A DNA stretch of 64,000 bases from an uncultured Ectothiorhodospiraceae bacterium. Lineage in GTDB: Bacteria; Pseudomonadota; Gammaproteobacteria; UBA9214. The stretch covers positions 1,213-65,212 of the forward strand of contig CAZMAK010000006.1 in NCBI GenBank assembly GCA_964564245.1, given 5' to 3'. The translations under genes and the position numbers were made by a program. Within the stretch, counting starts at the first letter, position 1, and each line of letters starts with the position of its first letter. Below, piece after piece: positions 31,466 to 42,199 of this stretch. The notes under the pieces were generated by a model, which was not told the origin of the DNA, did not search any database, and saw nothing but the letters and a program-made list of their open reading frames with translations.

Positions 31466-31849
31466 TCAGTGCAGGGGATTGAAATCCACCATGACCTGCC
31501 TGCGATACTCCTGGTCGTAGACGAACTCGATCGACACCTGGCCGTCCGTCCCGTCCAGTTCCTCGATGCGTATCTGCTTGAGATCCGGCAGGCGGATCGC
31601 GAGGTAACTGCACATGGCGGCCGCCATGGCCTCGTCATTGGTGTGCAGGGCATGCACCAGGTTGCCGGCGGCAAAGCGTGCGCGTTGCTCGACATCCGGG
31701 TGACTGACGGTTTCGTCCCCGATCAGGATGCCGTCATCCATCCTGGCGTCCATGCGATCCAGGTACGCGCGCTGGTGATCCGGCAGCAGTCGTTCACGAT
31801 CGTATTCCAGCTGGGCAATGCCGTTCAGAAATACCGCCATGACGTTCAT
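31466..31849 (-). CDS. Hypothetical protein (127 aa) downstream of ybiT
   Basis: The ATG sits 3 nt after the ybiT stop. Acidic soluble protein with no motif recognised. Confidence 0.45.
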   Translation of the reverse strand: MNVMAVFLNGIAQLEYDRERLLPDHQRAYLDRMDARMDDGILIGDETVSHPDVEQRARFAAGNLVHALHTNDEAMAAAMCSYLAIRLPDLKQIRIEELDGTDGQVSIEFVYDQEYRRQVMVDFNPLH

Positions 31850-31851
31850 GT

Positions 31852-33459
<1,608 letters not shown>

Positions 33460-33608
33460 GTTGCCTGCCTGTTGCGTGCGGGGCCGGTACACCGGCCCGT
33501 GAAAAAGGCGGCATTATCCCACACTTCCTCACCCGTCACCGCATGACCACAGTATCAGGATGGTTTTTCCGGGTGCGCGCCGGGCGCTGTGATCCGCCGG
33601 GAGACAGT

Positions 33609-33845
33609 TCAGTCGCGCCGTGACTGCCTGGCCACCTGCCAGCGCGCCAGCAGCACCAGTACTACCAGCAAGAGCGGCGCCCCGTGCAGGAACAGGTCGA
33701 ACATATCGATCGGTCGGGACAGCCCGCCCGCCGCCAGCAGTTTCAGCTTTTCCCAGAGGTGCGGTTCCGGACGAAACGGTGCCAGCGCCAGCAACAGCGC
33801 CAGTGGCGCCAGCATGGCCAGCGGAATGCGTGCAAGCCGGTTCAT
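33609..33845 (-). CDS. Small hydrophobic protein (78 aa), possible membrane protein
   Basis: Two predicted helices; no other support. Confidence 0.3.
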   Translation of the reverse strand: MNRLARIPLAMLAPLALLLALAPFRPEPHLWEKLKLLAAGGLSRPIDMFDLFLHGAPLLLVVLVLLARWQVARQSRRD

Positions 33846-33869
33846 CTGTGGCCTCCGGGAAGAAACGGG

Positions 33870-34580
33870 TCAGTAGCGGATCAGCAAGGGCTGGTAGGCA
33901 AACAGCGCGTCGAGATGGTGCAGGAACGCATGCTGGCCCTGGGTCGCCCACAGGCGGTCCAGGTCCTGCTCTACCCGCTCGTAGCGGTGCACCAGGTCCG
34001 GTTCGTCGGCATGGTTCGCCGCCAGACCGCCGACCAGGTCCAGCCACATGCGGCTGGCGCCCATGATCATCGCCGGCCAGGTCTTCTGTACGATCGCCGG
34101 CCAGGCACGGTCGCTGGTGTCTTCGATATCCGGACGGGTATTGGCGGCGGGGTCATCCGACAGCACCTCCGTCACCAGCCCCCTTGCCTGCAGCTCCGCC
34201 AGCACCGGACTGGCGTGGATCTCGTCGTAGACCCGCTGCGCCGCCTGTGGCGTGCTGTAGAAGATGAAACTGAACACGTGTCCGTATGCGTCATCCGCGG
34301 CCCGGCGGTGGACTCGCCAGATGTGGATGTCCCGGAAATTGCGCTCGAACACCGGGGTAATGATTTCACCGGCGATGAGGGCGTCGATGTGCCACAGCGG
34401 TGTCTGGCCACTGGCCGTCGGAATCCGGAACCGGGCATACCACCAGCCCTCGCCTGCCGGCAGTTCGGCGCCCCTGCCCACCGCCGCCGGTTTATGCTCC
34501 ACGGCTTTATGCTGCAGTGTGGCACAGCCGGCAGGCACCACCAGCCACAGCACCAGCAGGATCCTGCTCCCGATCTTCAC
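33870..34580 (-). CDS. Lipoprotein of unknown function
   Basis: Signal peptide with lipobox VPAGC; 236 aa, no motif recognised. Confidence 0.5.
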   Translation of the reverse strand: MKIGSRILLVLWLVVPAGCATLQHKAVEHKPAAVGRGAELPAGEGWWYARFRIPTASGQTPLWHIDALIAGEIITPVFERNFRDIHIWRVHRRAADDAYGHVFSFIFYSTPQAAQRVYDEIHASPVLAELQARGLVTEVLSDDPAANTRPDIEDTSDRAWPAIVQKTWPAMIMGASRMWLDLVGGLAANHADEPDLVHRYERVEQDLDRLWATQGQHAFLHHLDALFAYQPLLIRY

Positions 34581-35001
34581 CCCTCACCTCCACCATAAAG
34601 GTTGTGCAAACCGCACCCCGGCTCGCGGTGCATCATACCGGTTATTCCGGATGGCGCCCGTCAACGCCAGCCGGACATTCCACGGGTGACGGCCTGCTCC
34701 AGGTAATTCACCACGGCAGCGAGTTGCCTGTCATCAACCATCCGCTCGTGCGGCGTACCGTGCAACTGCGCCGGCATGATACCGCTTTCCGGTTCGCCCC
34801 GCCGGACGCCGCAAATGCTGCAAGCCCATGAATCCCGCGCAGTACCGCTTGCCTGCAGCGCACCCTTTCCACCCAACCTGTCGCCACTTTACGACACCCT
34901 GCGCACACGTATGCAAGGAATTTGATGGTAGTATTGCCGCGGTTTTCCTGCATGCGGCAGCCCCTTGCCGCCTGTTCATCAACCTTAACGGAGAATGACT
35001 C

Positions 35002-35391
35002 ATGAAGAAGTTGCTTCGCCCCCTCGCCTGGCTGCTGTCGCTGGTCATGGCAATGACCCCCGTATTGACCGCACAGGCCGCCATGGTTGGCACGGATACC
35101 CTGCTCCACCGTGCACATTCCACCCAGACCCGTGCCAGTCTGCAGCATCTGCTCGACCAGCAGGCCGCACAACAGCAGCTCACGGCGATGGGTGTCGACC
35201 CGGCCTGGGCCAGGGAACGCGCCACCCGCCTGACCGACGAGGAGCTGGCACGTATCAACCAGGGCATTGACCGGCTGGATGCCGGTGGTGACGGCGTGCT
35301 GGGCGTGCTGCTGGTGATCTTTATCGTATTTGTCATCACCGATGTCATTGGCGCGACGAACATCTTCACGTTCATCCACCCGGTACACTGA
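35002..35391 (+). CDS. PA2779-family protein (signal peptide plus C-terminal transmembrane anchor)
   Basis: GGAGA ribosome-binding site, a cleavable signal peptide, a Gln-rich helix and a C-terminal GVLGVLLVIFIVFVITDVIG helix. It is the usual partner of the PA2778-family peptidase. Confidence 0.6.
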   Translation: MKKLLRPLAWLLSLVMAMTPVLTAQAAMVGTDTLLHRAHSTQTRASLQHLLDQQAAQQQLTAMGVDPAWARERATRLTDEELARINQGIDRLDAGGDGVLGVLLVIFIVFVITDVIGATNIFTFIHPVH

Positions 35392-35398
35392 TAACAGC

Positions 35399-36394
35399 AT
35401 GCATGCCGGATGCAACACCCGCCGGCAGGCGGGTGTTGCACTGTTACTGCTCTGCCTGGCAGGTTGTGCCGACGCACCGCAGACCCGTGCACTGCTGACC
35501 ACGCCCGGGACTCCGCTGCCACGCTCGGCCGAACTGGCCGGCACCCCGTTCTTCGCACAACAGCGCTACCAGTGTGGCCCGGCTGCACTGGCCACCGTCC
35601 TCGATGCGAACGGCCTGGCCGTCACACCCGGTGAGCTGGTCGCGGAAGTCTACCTGCCGGCCGTGCACGGCAGCGTGTTCGAGGAACTCGCCGCGGCGGC
35701 ACGCCGCCGGGGAATGCTGGCCTACCCGCTGGCACCGCGCCTGTCCGACCTGCTGGCCGAGGTGGCGGACGGCCACCCGGTGCTGGTCCTGCAGAACCTG
35801 GGGCTGGACTGGTTACCAAAGCGGCACTTCGCCGTGGTCATCGGTTATGACCTGGCACAGGACGTCATCCTGTTACGCTCCGGCACCCTGAAACGCCGTG
35901 TCACCCTGCTCTCCACCTTTGAACGCACCTGGCAGCGCAGCGGCTCCAGGGCGCTGGTGATCACCCCGCCCGGGGTGGTCCCGGCTACGGCGGAACCCTT
36001 GCGTTTCCTGGAGGCTGCCCGTGAACTCGACACCCGCGGCAATCACCGCGCGGCCAGCGCGGCGTGGCAGGCGGCCACCGTACGCTGGCCGGACAATCCG
36101 CTGGCCTGGATGGCGCTGGGCAATCACGCCTTTACCGACGGGGATGCAACGCTTGCATGCAGTGCCTTTACCCGGGTCACCCGGCTGACACCCACCGACC
36201 CCGCCGGCTGGAACAACCTGGCCTACAGCCTGCTGGGCGAAGGCTGCCCGCAGGCGGCACAGGCCGCCGCAGAGTGTGCCTGCCGGCTGGCGCCCGGTGA
36301 TCCCAATGCCCTGGATACACGCAATGAAATCCGTCGTGGTGCACACGCACAGGACCATGCACACTGCCCGCCGGTACACTGTCCGTCACCCTGA
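35399..36394 (+). CDS. PA2778-family C39-like cysteine peptidase with TPR repeats, lipoprotein
   Basis: Lipobox LAGC, a papain-like catalytic region (QQRYQCGPAALATVL ... HFAVVIGYD) and C-terminal TPR-like repeats (AWMALGNHAF ..., GWNNLAYSLL). Confidence 0.65.
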   Translation: MHAGCNTRRQAGVALLLLCLAGCADAPQTRALLTTPGTPLPRSAELAGTPFFAQQRYQCGPAALATVLDANGLAVTPGELVAEVYLPAVHGSVFEELAAAARRRGMLAYPLAPRLSDLLAEVADGHPVLVLQNLGLDWLPKRHFAVVIGYDLAQDVILLRSGTLKRRVTLLSTFERTWQRSGSRALVITPPGVVPATAEPLRFLEAARELDTRGNHRAASAAWQAATVRWPDNPLAWMALGNHAFTDGDATLACSAFTRVTRLTPTDPAGWNNLAYSLLGEGCPQAAQAAAECACRLAPGDPNALDTRNEIRRGAHAQDHAHCPPVHCPSP

Positions 36395-36457
36395 CGGGTT
36401 TACCGCACCCGGTCGATCTGCCATGCTTTCGGTAACGCCGGGATCGAGTCACGCCCT

Positions 36458-37414
36458 ATGAAATTCATCCTCTGTTGCCTGGTCTGCTGTCTTTTGCCGG
36501 TAGCCGCCCTGGCCGAAGACCGTGGACCACCCGTACCGGATTACCCCGCCGACCGCATTACGGACCGCATCTACGTCATTCACGGCCCGCTGGAACTGCC
36601 CGACCCCGAGAATCAGGGTTTCATGAACAATCCCGGTATCGTGCTGACCGATGCCGGTGTCGTCATCATTGACCCGGGCTCTTCGGTACAGACCGGTGAA
36701 ATGGTGCTGCGCGTCACTGCCTCTCTGTCGAACCTGCCGGTGGTGGCCGTATTCAACACGCATCTGCACGGCGATCACTGGCTGGGCAACCAGGCGATCC
36801 GTGCGGCATACCCGGATGTGCCGATCTACAGCCACCCGATCATGCTGGACATGATTGCCACCGGCGAAGGCAAGCTGTGGGTCACGATGATGGAGCAGCT
36901 GACTCACGGCAAGACGCGCGGCACCGAGGTGGTCGGACCGAACAGACCGGTCGACAACGGCGATGAAATCCGGATTGGCGATACCACGTTCCGCATCCAT
37001 CACTACGGCCCCGCCCATACCACTTCCGACCTCATGATCGAGGTAGTCGAACAGCACACCGTGTTCCTCGGTGACAACGTGACGAACGGGCGCATACCCC
37101 GTATCGACGGTGGCAGCGTGGCAGGCGCCGCGAAGTCCTGCCGGGAAATCCTGAAGACCGGCGCACAACACTATATCCCGGGACACGGCCGGTCCGGAGA
37201 CGCCAGGCTGGTCAGAACCATGCTGAGTTACTACGACACGGTATACCGCAACGTGAAGACCCTGTACGACCAGGGCCTGAGTGACTTCGAGATGAAGGCG
37301 CCGATCCGCGCACAGCTGCAGGCGTTCGCCGGCTGGAAGGACTTCGACACCCAGCTGGGCAAGCACATCAGCTATACGTACCTGCAGGTCGAGTCGGAAA
37401 AGTTCGGGTTCTAG
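36458..37414 (+). CDS. Periplasmic MBL-fold metallo-hydrolase
   Basis: Signal peptide and the HLHGDHWLGN (HxHxDH) motif, with downstream His/Asp ligands. Confidence 0.8.
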   Translation: MKFILCCLVCCLLPVAALAEDRGPPVPDYPADRITDRIYVIHGPLELPDPENQGFMNNPGIVLTDAGVVIIDPGSSVQTGEMVLRVTASLSNLPVVAVFNTHLHGDHWLGNQAIRAAYPDVPIYSHPIMLDMIATGEGKLWVTMMEQLTHGKTRGTEVVGPNRPVDNGDEIRIGDTTFRIHHYGPAHTTSDLMIEVVEQHTVFLGDNVTNGRIPRIDGGSVAGAAKSCREILKTGAQHYIPGHGRSGDARLVRTMLSYYDTVYRNVKTLYDQGLSDFEMKAPIRAQLQAFAGWKDFDTQLGKHISYTYLQVESEKFGF

Positions 37415-37623
37415 CCGGGGGCGGGTGGCCGGTCGCGCTCCGCCGCCACCGCGCGCAATGAGTGTTCCCGGGCGTGCGCCGGTCCGTTGCCCGGGGGTTG
37501 CAGCGGCCTGCCTCGTTTTCATACCGGCCCATGTCGTTGCGCCGCGGTTCGACACGGTAGCCCCGCCGGCTGCCGTTACCATCCTGTGCGACCCGGTCGG
37601 GCCGCGGCAGGCGCAGGCCGTAC

Positions 37624-37884
37624 TCAGTCACGCGGCGTTCCGCGTTCAAGGAACCGACGTGCATACCAGCAGCTGGCCTGCATCTCCAGGCCCTGCGCAC
37701 GCGCCCAGGCCACGCCGGCACGCACCAGACGCTCGGCAATACCGCGGCCGCGTAATTCCTCGGGTACAAAGGTATGCACGAAATCGACCGTACGGGTGCC
37801 CACCCGCCGGTATTCGAGTACCGATTCCAGCCCGTCTACCGCAATCACGAAACGCTGCCGGCCGGGTTGATGTTCCGCTTCCAT
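37624..37884 (-). CDS. Small GNAT-family acetyltransferase (YjdJ-like, 86 aa)
   Basis: FVPEELRGRGIAERLVRAGVAWARAQG matches the acetyl-CoA binding motif of mini-GNATs. Confidence 0.6.
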   Translation of the reverse strand: MEAEHQPGRQRFVIAVDGLESVLEYRRVGTRTVDFVHTFVPEELRGRGIAERLVRAGVAWARAQGLEMQASCWYARRFLERGTPRD

Positions 37885-37898
37885 CCGCCCTCCCCGGA

Positions 37899-38543
37899 TC
37901 AGACCGTCGCCAGCAGCTCGTCAACCAGTGCCAGCATCGGCGCACTTTCATTGTAGTCGACCGGGATGTGCCAGCGTGACAGCCCTGCCTCGAGCGCCAG
38001 CGAGGGAAAACTGCCAATCCGCAGGCGGTCACATTCCTCCATCTCGAAGGCCAGCCGCTGCACGGTCGGTTCACTGTCCAGGTCCGCGCGGAACCGGGCC
38101 ACATCCAGCCGGATTTCAGCGGCCAGTTCGATCAGCGTGTCCGTATCGGAGGGATTGCGTGCCTGCAGGTAATAGGCCGTCTGGATGGCCCGGGTCATGA
38201 CCCGGTCGAGGTGTTCGCCCTGGGCACGCGCGGCGATCACGGCCCGGCATGACGCCCAGCTGGAGCGGCGCGGCCGGCACCGGGTCCAGAAGTCGTAATT
38301 GAAGTGTGTACCCGGAATGGTTTGTTCGATGCGCTCCCAGGTCGCCCGGATTCGTACCTGCTGGTCCAGCGGCATCAGCTCCCCGGTGTCCTCGGCCAGC
38401 CCGCCCAGCAGGCGCTGCATCCGCAGCGTGGCGGGCAACCGCTCGCCAAGCTCCTGCAGTACCGGTGCGAAGCCCCAGCACCAGCTGCACATCGGGTCGT
38501 GGGCATAGTAAAGGATCGCCTGCAAACCGCATTCCTCCTGCAC
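37899..38543 (-). CDS. DsbA-family thiol:disulfide oxidoreductase (FrnE-like)
   Basis: Thioredoxin-fold CSWCW active site near the N-terminus. Confidence 0.75.
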   Translation of the reverse strand: MQEECGLQAILYYAHDPMCSWCWGFAPVLQELGERLPATLRMQRLLGGLAEDTGELMPLDQQVRIRATWERIEQTIPGTHFNYDFWTRCRPRRSSWASCRAVIAARAQGEHLDRVMTRAIQTAYYLQARNPSDTDTLIELAAEIRLDVARFRADLDSEPTVQRLAFEMEECDRLRIGSFPSLALEAGLSRWHIPVDYNESAPMLALVDELLATV

Positions 38544-38593
38544 CAGTTTGAAACAAATTTGCTATATTAGCGCCAGAATCCCAAGGAACCGGT

Positions 38594-39088
38594 ATGAACG
38601 ACACCATGCGATGCCCCTGCGACTCCGGCCTGCCCTACGCCGAGTGCTGCGAACCATATATCAGTGGCGCACACAAGGCACCCGACGCCGAGGCGCTGAT
38701 GCGCTCCCGCTACAGTGCCTATGCCCTGCAGATCATGCCATACCTCGCCAGCACACTGCACCCGAGCCAGCGTCACGACTACGATGAAGCCGGCGCCGAA
38801 CGCTGGGCGAAGGAATCCGAGTGGGAGGGACTGGAAATCCTGGCGGTGAACGACGACGCCAGCAACCCTGACCTGAGCACGGTGGAATTCCGTGCCCGCT
38901 ATCGCCGCCGTGGCGAAAGGCTGGTCCACCATGAACGCGCGGAGTTTCGCCGTTCCGGCGACAGCTGGTACTTCTACGACGGCAAGATGGCCGGAGTCAG
39001 CCAGGTACGCCGTGACGCACCCAAGGTCGGCCGTAACGACCCGTGCCCCTGCGGCAGTGGCAAAAAATACAAGAAGTGCTGCGGCTGA
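38594..39088 (+). CDS. YchJ-family protein (UPF0225) with SEC-C motifs
   Basis: N-terminal [13 protein letters not shown] and C-terminal [14 protein letters not shown]. Confidence 0.8.
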   Translation: MNDTMRCPCDSGLPYAECCEPYISGAHKAPDAEALMRSRYSAYALQIMPYLASTLHPSQRHDYDEAGAERWAKESEWEGLEILAVNDDASNPDLSTVEFRARYRRRGERLVHHERAEFRRSGDSWYFYDGKMAGVSQVRRDAPKVGRNDPCPCGSGKKYKKCCG

Positions 39089-39100
39089 GCACGCCTTGCC

Positions 39101-39733
39101 ATGATTACCCGACTCACCACACTGCCGGACAGTATCGAATTGCGCCAGCGCTCCGCGCAGCTCTGCAGCGTTGGCCATGAGCTGTACCAGCGCGGCATGG
39201 TGCCGGCAACCAGCGGAAACTTCTCGGCCCGCCTGCGTGACGGTCACATCCTGATTACCGAATCCGGAGCCCACAAGGGCCACCTGCAACGCAGTGACCT
39301 GCTGATCATCGACAGTGACGGTCACTCGCTCGACGGACGCCGGCCGTCCGCCGAGACCGGGCTGCACCTGCAACTGTACCGGCGTTTTCCGCAGGTCAAT
39401 GCCGTGTTGCACCCGCACTCGGTCAATGCCACACTGCTGTCACAGCTCGTCCAGCAGGAACTGGTGGTGGAAGGCTACGAACTGCTCAAGGCATTTCCCG
39501 AGATCACCACGCACGAGACCCGGATCACCATCCCCGTGTTTGCCAATGACCAGGATATCGGTCGGCTGGCCGGCCGGGTCGATGCCTGGATGGATCGGCA
39601 TGCAAACACCGTGGCTTACCTGATCGCTGCACACGGTTACTATGCCTGGGGAAGCAGCGTCAACGAGGCCATGTGCCACATCGAGGCACTGGAATTCCTG
39701 TTTGAATGCGAATCAAGAAAGGCCACACACTGA
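39101..39733 (+). CDS. mtnB: Methylthioribulose-1-phosphate dehydratase (class II aldolase fold)
   Basis: TSGNFSAR, LHPHS and AHGYYAWG motifs. First gene of the salvage operon. Confidence 0.8.
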   Translation: MITRLTTLPDSIELRQRSAQLCSVGHELYQRGMVPATSGNFSARLRDGHILITESGAHKGHLQRSDLLIIDSDGHSLDGRRPSAETGLHLQLYRRFPQVNAVLHPHSVNATLLSQLVQQELVVEGYELLKAFPEITTHETRITIPVFANDQDIGRLAGRVDAWMDRHANTVAYLIAAHGYYAWGSSVNEAMCHIEALEFLFECESRKATH

Positions 39734-40293
39734 TGACCACGCTGACTATCACCCCGGTCCATGACCCGGCCACGGCCGAAACCTACAGTGACTTCGACAC
39801 CATTGCCGCCAGCCTGGCGGAGATCGGTGTGGATTTCGAACACTGGCGCGCCGACCGTGAACTGGCGCCCGATGCCGATCAGGACGCCGTGCTGGCAGCC
39901 TACCAGCAGTCCATCGACCGGCTCAATGAACGTTACGGATTCCGCTCCATCGACGTGGTCAGCCTGACCCCGGATCACCCGAACGCCGACATGCTGCGCA
40001 ACAAGTTTCTCGCCGAACACACCCACGCCGACTTCGAGGTACGCTTCTTCGTGGACGGCAGTGGACTGTTCTACCTGCACATCGGTGACCGGGTGTACAT
40101 GGTACTGTGCGAGCGCGGCGACCTGATCAGCGTGCCGGCCAACACCACGCACTGGTTCGACATGGGCAGCCGCCCGTTCTTCCGCTGCATCCGCTTTTTC
40201 ACCACACCGGACGGCTGGGTCGGCGACTTCACCGGTTCCGACATCGCCACGCGCTTTCCCGATTACGACAGCTTCGTCGCGCAGATGGCATGA
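39733..40293 (+). CDS. mtnD: Acireductone dioxygenase (ARD, cupin)
   Basis: [16 protein letters not shown] ... HWF cupin motifs. TGATG overlap with mtnB. Confidence 0.85.
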   Translation: MTTLTITPVHDPATAETYSDFDTIAASLAEIGVDFEHWRADRELAPDADQDAVLAAYQQSIDRLNERYGFRSIDVVSLTPDHPNADMLRNKFLAEHTHADFEVRFFVDGSGLFYLHIGDRVYMVLCERGDLISVPANTTHWFDMGSRPFFRCIRFFTTPDGWVGDFTGSDIATRFPDYDSFVAQMA

Positions 40294-40976
40294 TCCGCGC
40301 CGTTCTCACGGACATCGAGGGCACCACCTCGTCGATCCGCTTTGTCCACGAGGTCCTGTTTCCCTACGCCCGTGCACACGTGGCGGATTTCGTGCGCGCG
40401 AACGCGAAAGACCCGCAGGTGGCGCCGCTGCTCGACGCCGTACGACGGGAGACCGGTGCGGATCTCAGCCTCGACGGCATCATCACACAGCTCGTCGCGT
40501 GGATCGACGCCGACCGCAAGATCACCCCGCTCAAGGCGCTGCAGGGCATGATCTGGGAGGCCGGCTACCGCAGGGGGGACTTCACCGGGCATGTCTACCC
40601 GGATGCCGCGGCACAGCTGCGCGCCTGGCATGCCGCCGGTCTGCAGCTGTATGTGTTTTCTTCCGGTTCGGTACAGGCCCAGCAATTGCTGTTCGGCTAC
40701 AGCGACGCCGGTGACCTGACCGCGCTGTTTTCGGGTTATTACGACACCCGCATCGGCAACAAGCAGGATCCGGCGGCCTACCGCGCCATTGCCGCCGCCA
40801 CCGGCCTGCCGGCACACGAGATCCTGTTCCTTTCCGATATTCACGCGGAACTGGACGCGGCGCGTACTGCCGGAATGCATACCACGATGCTGGTGCGCGA
40901 GGCGGCACCCGACGCGTCCGCCACACACCGCCAGGTTCGCGACTTCACCGCCATCGACCCGGCGACGACCGCATAG
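40290..40976 (+). CDS. mtnC: Enolase-phosphatase E1 (HAD family)
   Basis: [12 protein letters not shown] motif I. ATGA overlap with mtnD. Confidence 0.8.
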   Translation: MIRAVLTDIEGTTSSIRFVHEVLFPYARAHVADFVRANAKDPQVAPLLDAVRRETGADLSLDGIITQLVAWIDADRKITPLKALQGMIWEAGYRRGDFTGHVYPDAAAQLRAWHAAGLQLYVFSSGSVQAQQLLFGYSDAGDLTALFSGYYDTRIGNKQDPAAYRAIAAATGLPAHEILFLSDIHAELDAARTAGMHTTMLVREAAPDASATHRQVRDFTAIDPATTA

Positions 40977-41060
40977 GGCCTGCGCCATCCGGCCCGTAGC
41001 GCTGACACTGTCACCAGACGAGGATGGTAATCTGCCCGTATTGCCGCTATCTTCCCGCCC

Positions 41061-42008
41061 ATGAAAGAAACCTGGAAAGATGCCCTCGCGCGTCAGCGCA
41101 GCGCACTGGAAACCGAGCTGAAGGCGCCCCTGCAGGACCTGGCCGCGCAATGTGCCGGAGTCTGGGGCCGGCGCGAGGAGATCGATATCGTGCTGACGGA
41201 CGGTTTTCGCCTTGTCCCGTATGGCATGTTCATGTACGCGCTGGATACCGGCGCCGTACAGATCAGCGACAACATCAGTGCCAGCGGGCTGATGCCGGAG
41301 CACTTCGGGCGCGACCGCTCCAGCCGCCCCTACATGCGCGAGGCGGTGCCGGCGCAGGGTTTCCTGCTGTCTTCCGCCTACCTGAGCCTGCGTGCCAACC
41401 GGCCATCCCTGACCGCGTTGCAGGTGGTACAAAAAGACGGGGAAACGCTTGGCTACCTGGGTGTCGACTTCGACCTGCGCGACCTGCCGGTCACGGCCCA
41501 GCACTATGAGGAATCGGATGCCTGGCGCCAGATCAAGGGCGATCCGGCCATCCGTGGCACCGTGTTCCAGCAATGCCGCGTTGAGAGCGTGATGGACCGC
41601 AACATGGAGCCGGCCATCGCCATCCTCGAGGACCTCATCACCGGGCGCGGCATGTTCCAGTGCGTGATCCACTTTTCCAGCAGCCGCGCCACGATCTGGT
41701 TCTGTGACGACCCGTTCCGCTACCGCATCCTCGACCACGAGGCACTCAGCGATCCGGATATCTGCATGCTGTATCCACGCCATGATTACCCGGCCGATGC
41801 GCAGATTCCGCAGGATCGCATCGGCCGCATCCTGCGCGGCATGCGCGAGCTGCGAACCGCGGATGAAACACTGTACCTGCGCTCGTCCTCGATCAACATC
41901 TTCAACGGCATGATCAGCCTGACCTTCTCCTGCGACGGCTCGCACTACATGTCCTGGCACGAGTTCCTTGCCAAGGACATGAGCTTCTGGGTGGGTTGCG
42001 CAGCCTGA
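41061..42008 (+). CDS. Hypothetical protein (315 aa)
   Basis: Same strand as the mtn operon and 85 nt downstream of it. No motif recognised. Confidence 0.45.
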   Translation: MKETWKDALARQRSALETELKAPLQDLAAQCAGVWGRREEIDIVLTDGFRLVPYGMFMYALDTGAVQISDNISASGLMPEHFGRDRSSRPYMREAVPAQGFLLSSAYLSLRANRPSLTALQVVQKDGETLGYLGVDFDLRDLPVTAQHYEESDAWRQIKGDPAIRGTVFQQCRVESVMDRNMEPAIAILEDLITGRGMFQCVIHFSSSRATIWFCDDPFRYRILDHEALSDPDICMLYPRHDYPADAQIPQDRIGRILRGMRELRTADETLYLRSSSINIFNGMISLTFSCDGSHYMSWHEFLAKDMSFWVGCAA

Positions 42009-42199
42009 AAATCATGACGGGCCTGCCTGGCCCATGGCCATGACGCCAGCCACAACGATCGCAGCCGGCGCTTCGCCGGCACTGGCATCTGCCCTGATGG
42101 AAAACGCAGGCGGGCGGTTCCCGGATACACAGCTGCTGACACTGCTTGCGTATTTTCGACAGCGCATGTCAAGGCATCAACCACCCCTGGTTGCAACGC

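Noticed and set aside
34661-34876. 71-aa minus-strand ORF with a cytochrome-c-like C-terminal flavour (CSICG...)
   Set aside because: There is no CxxCH heme motif (CSICG lacks the His), no signal peptide and no ribosome-binding site. It is possibly a degenerate remnant, but support is insufficient to call a gene.
40263-41960. 565-aa ORF on the minus strand
   Set aside because: Antisense to mtnC and the downstream hypothetical gene. mtnC is confidently identified by homology, so this is a GC artefact.
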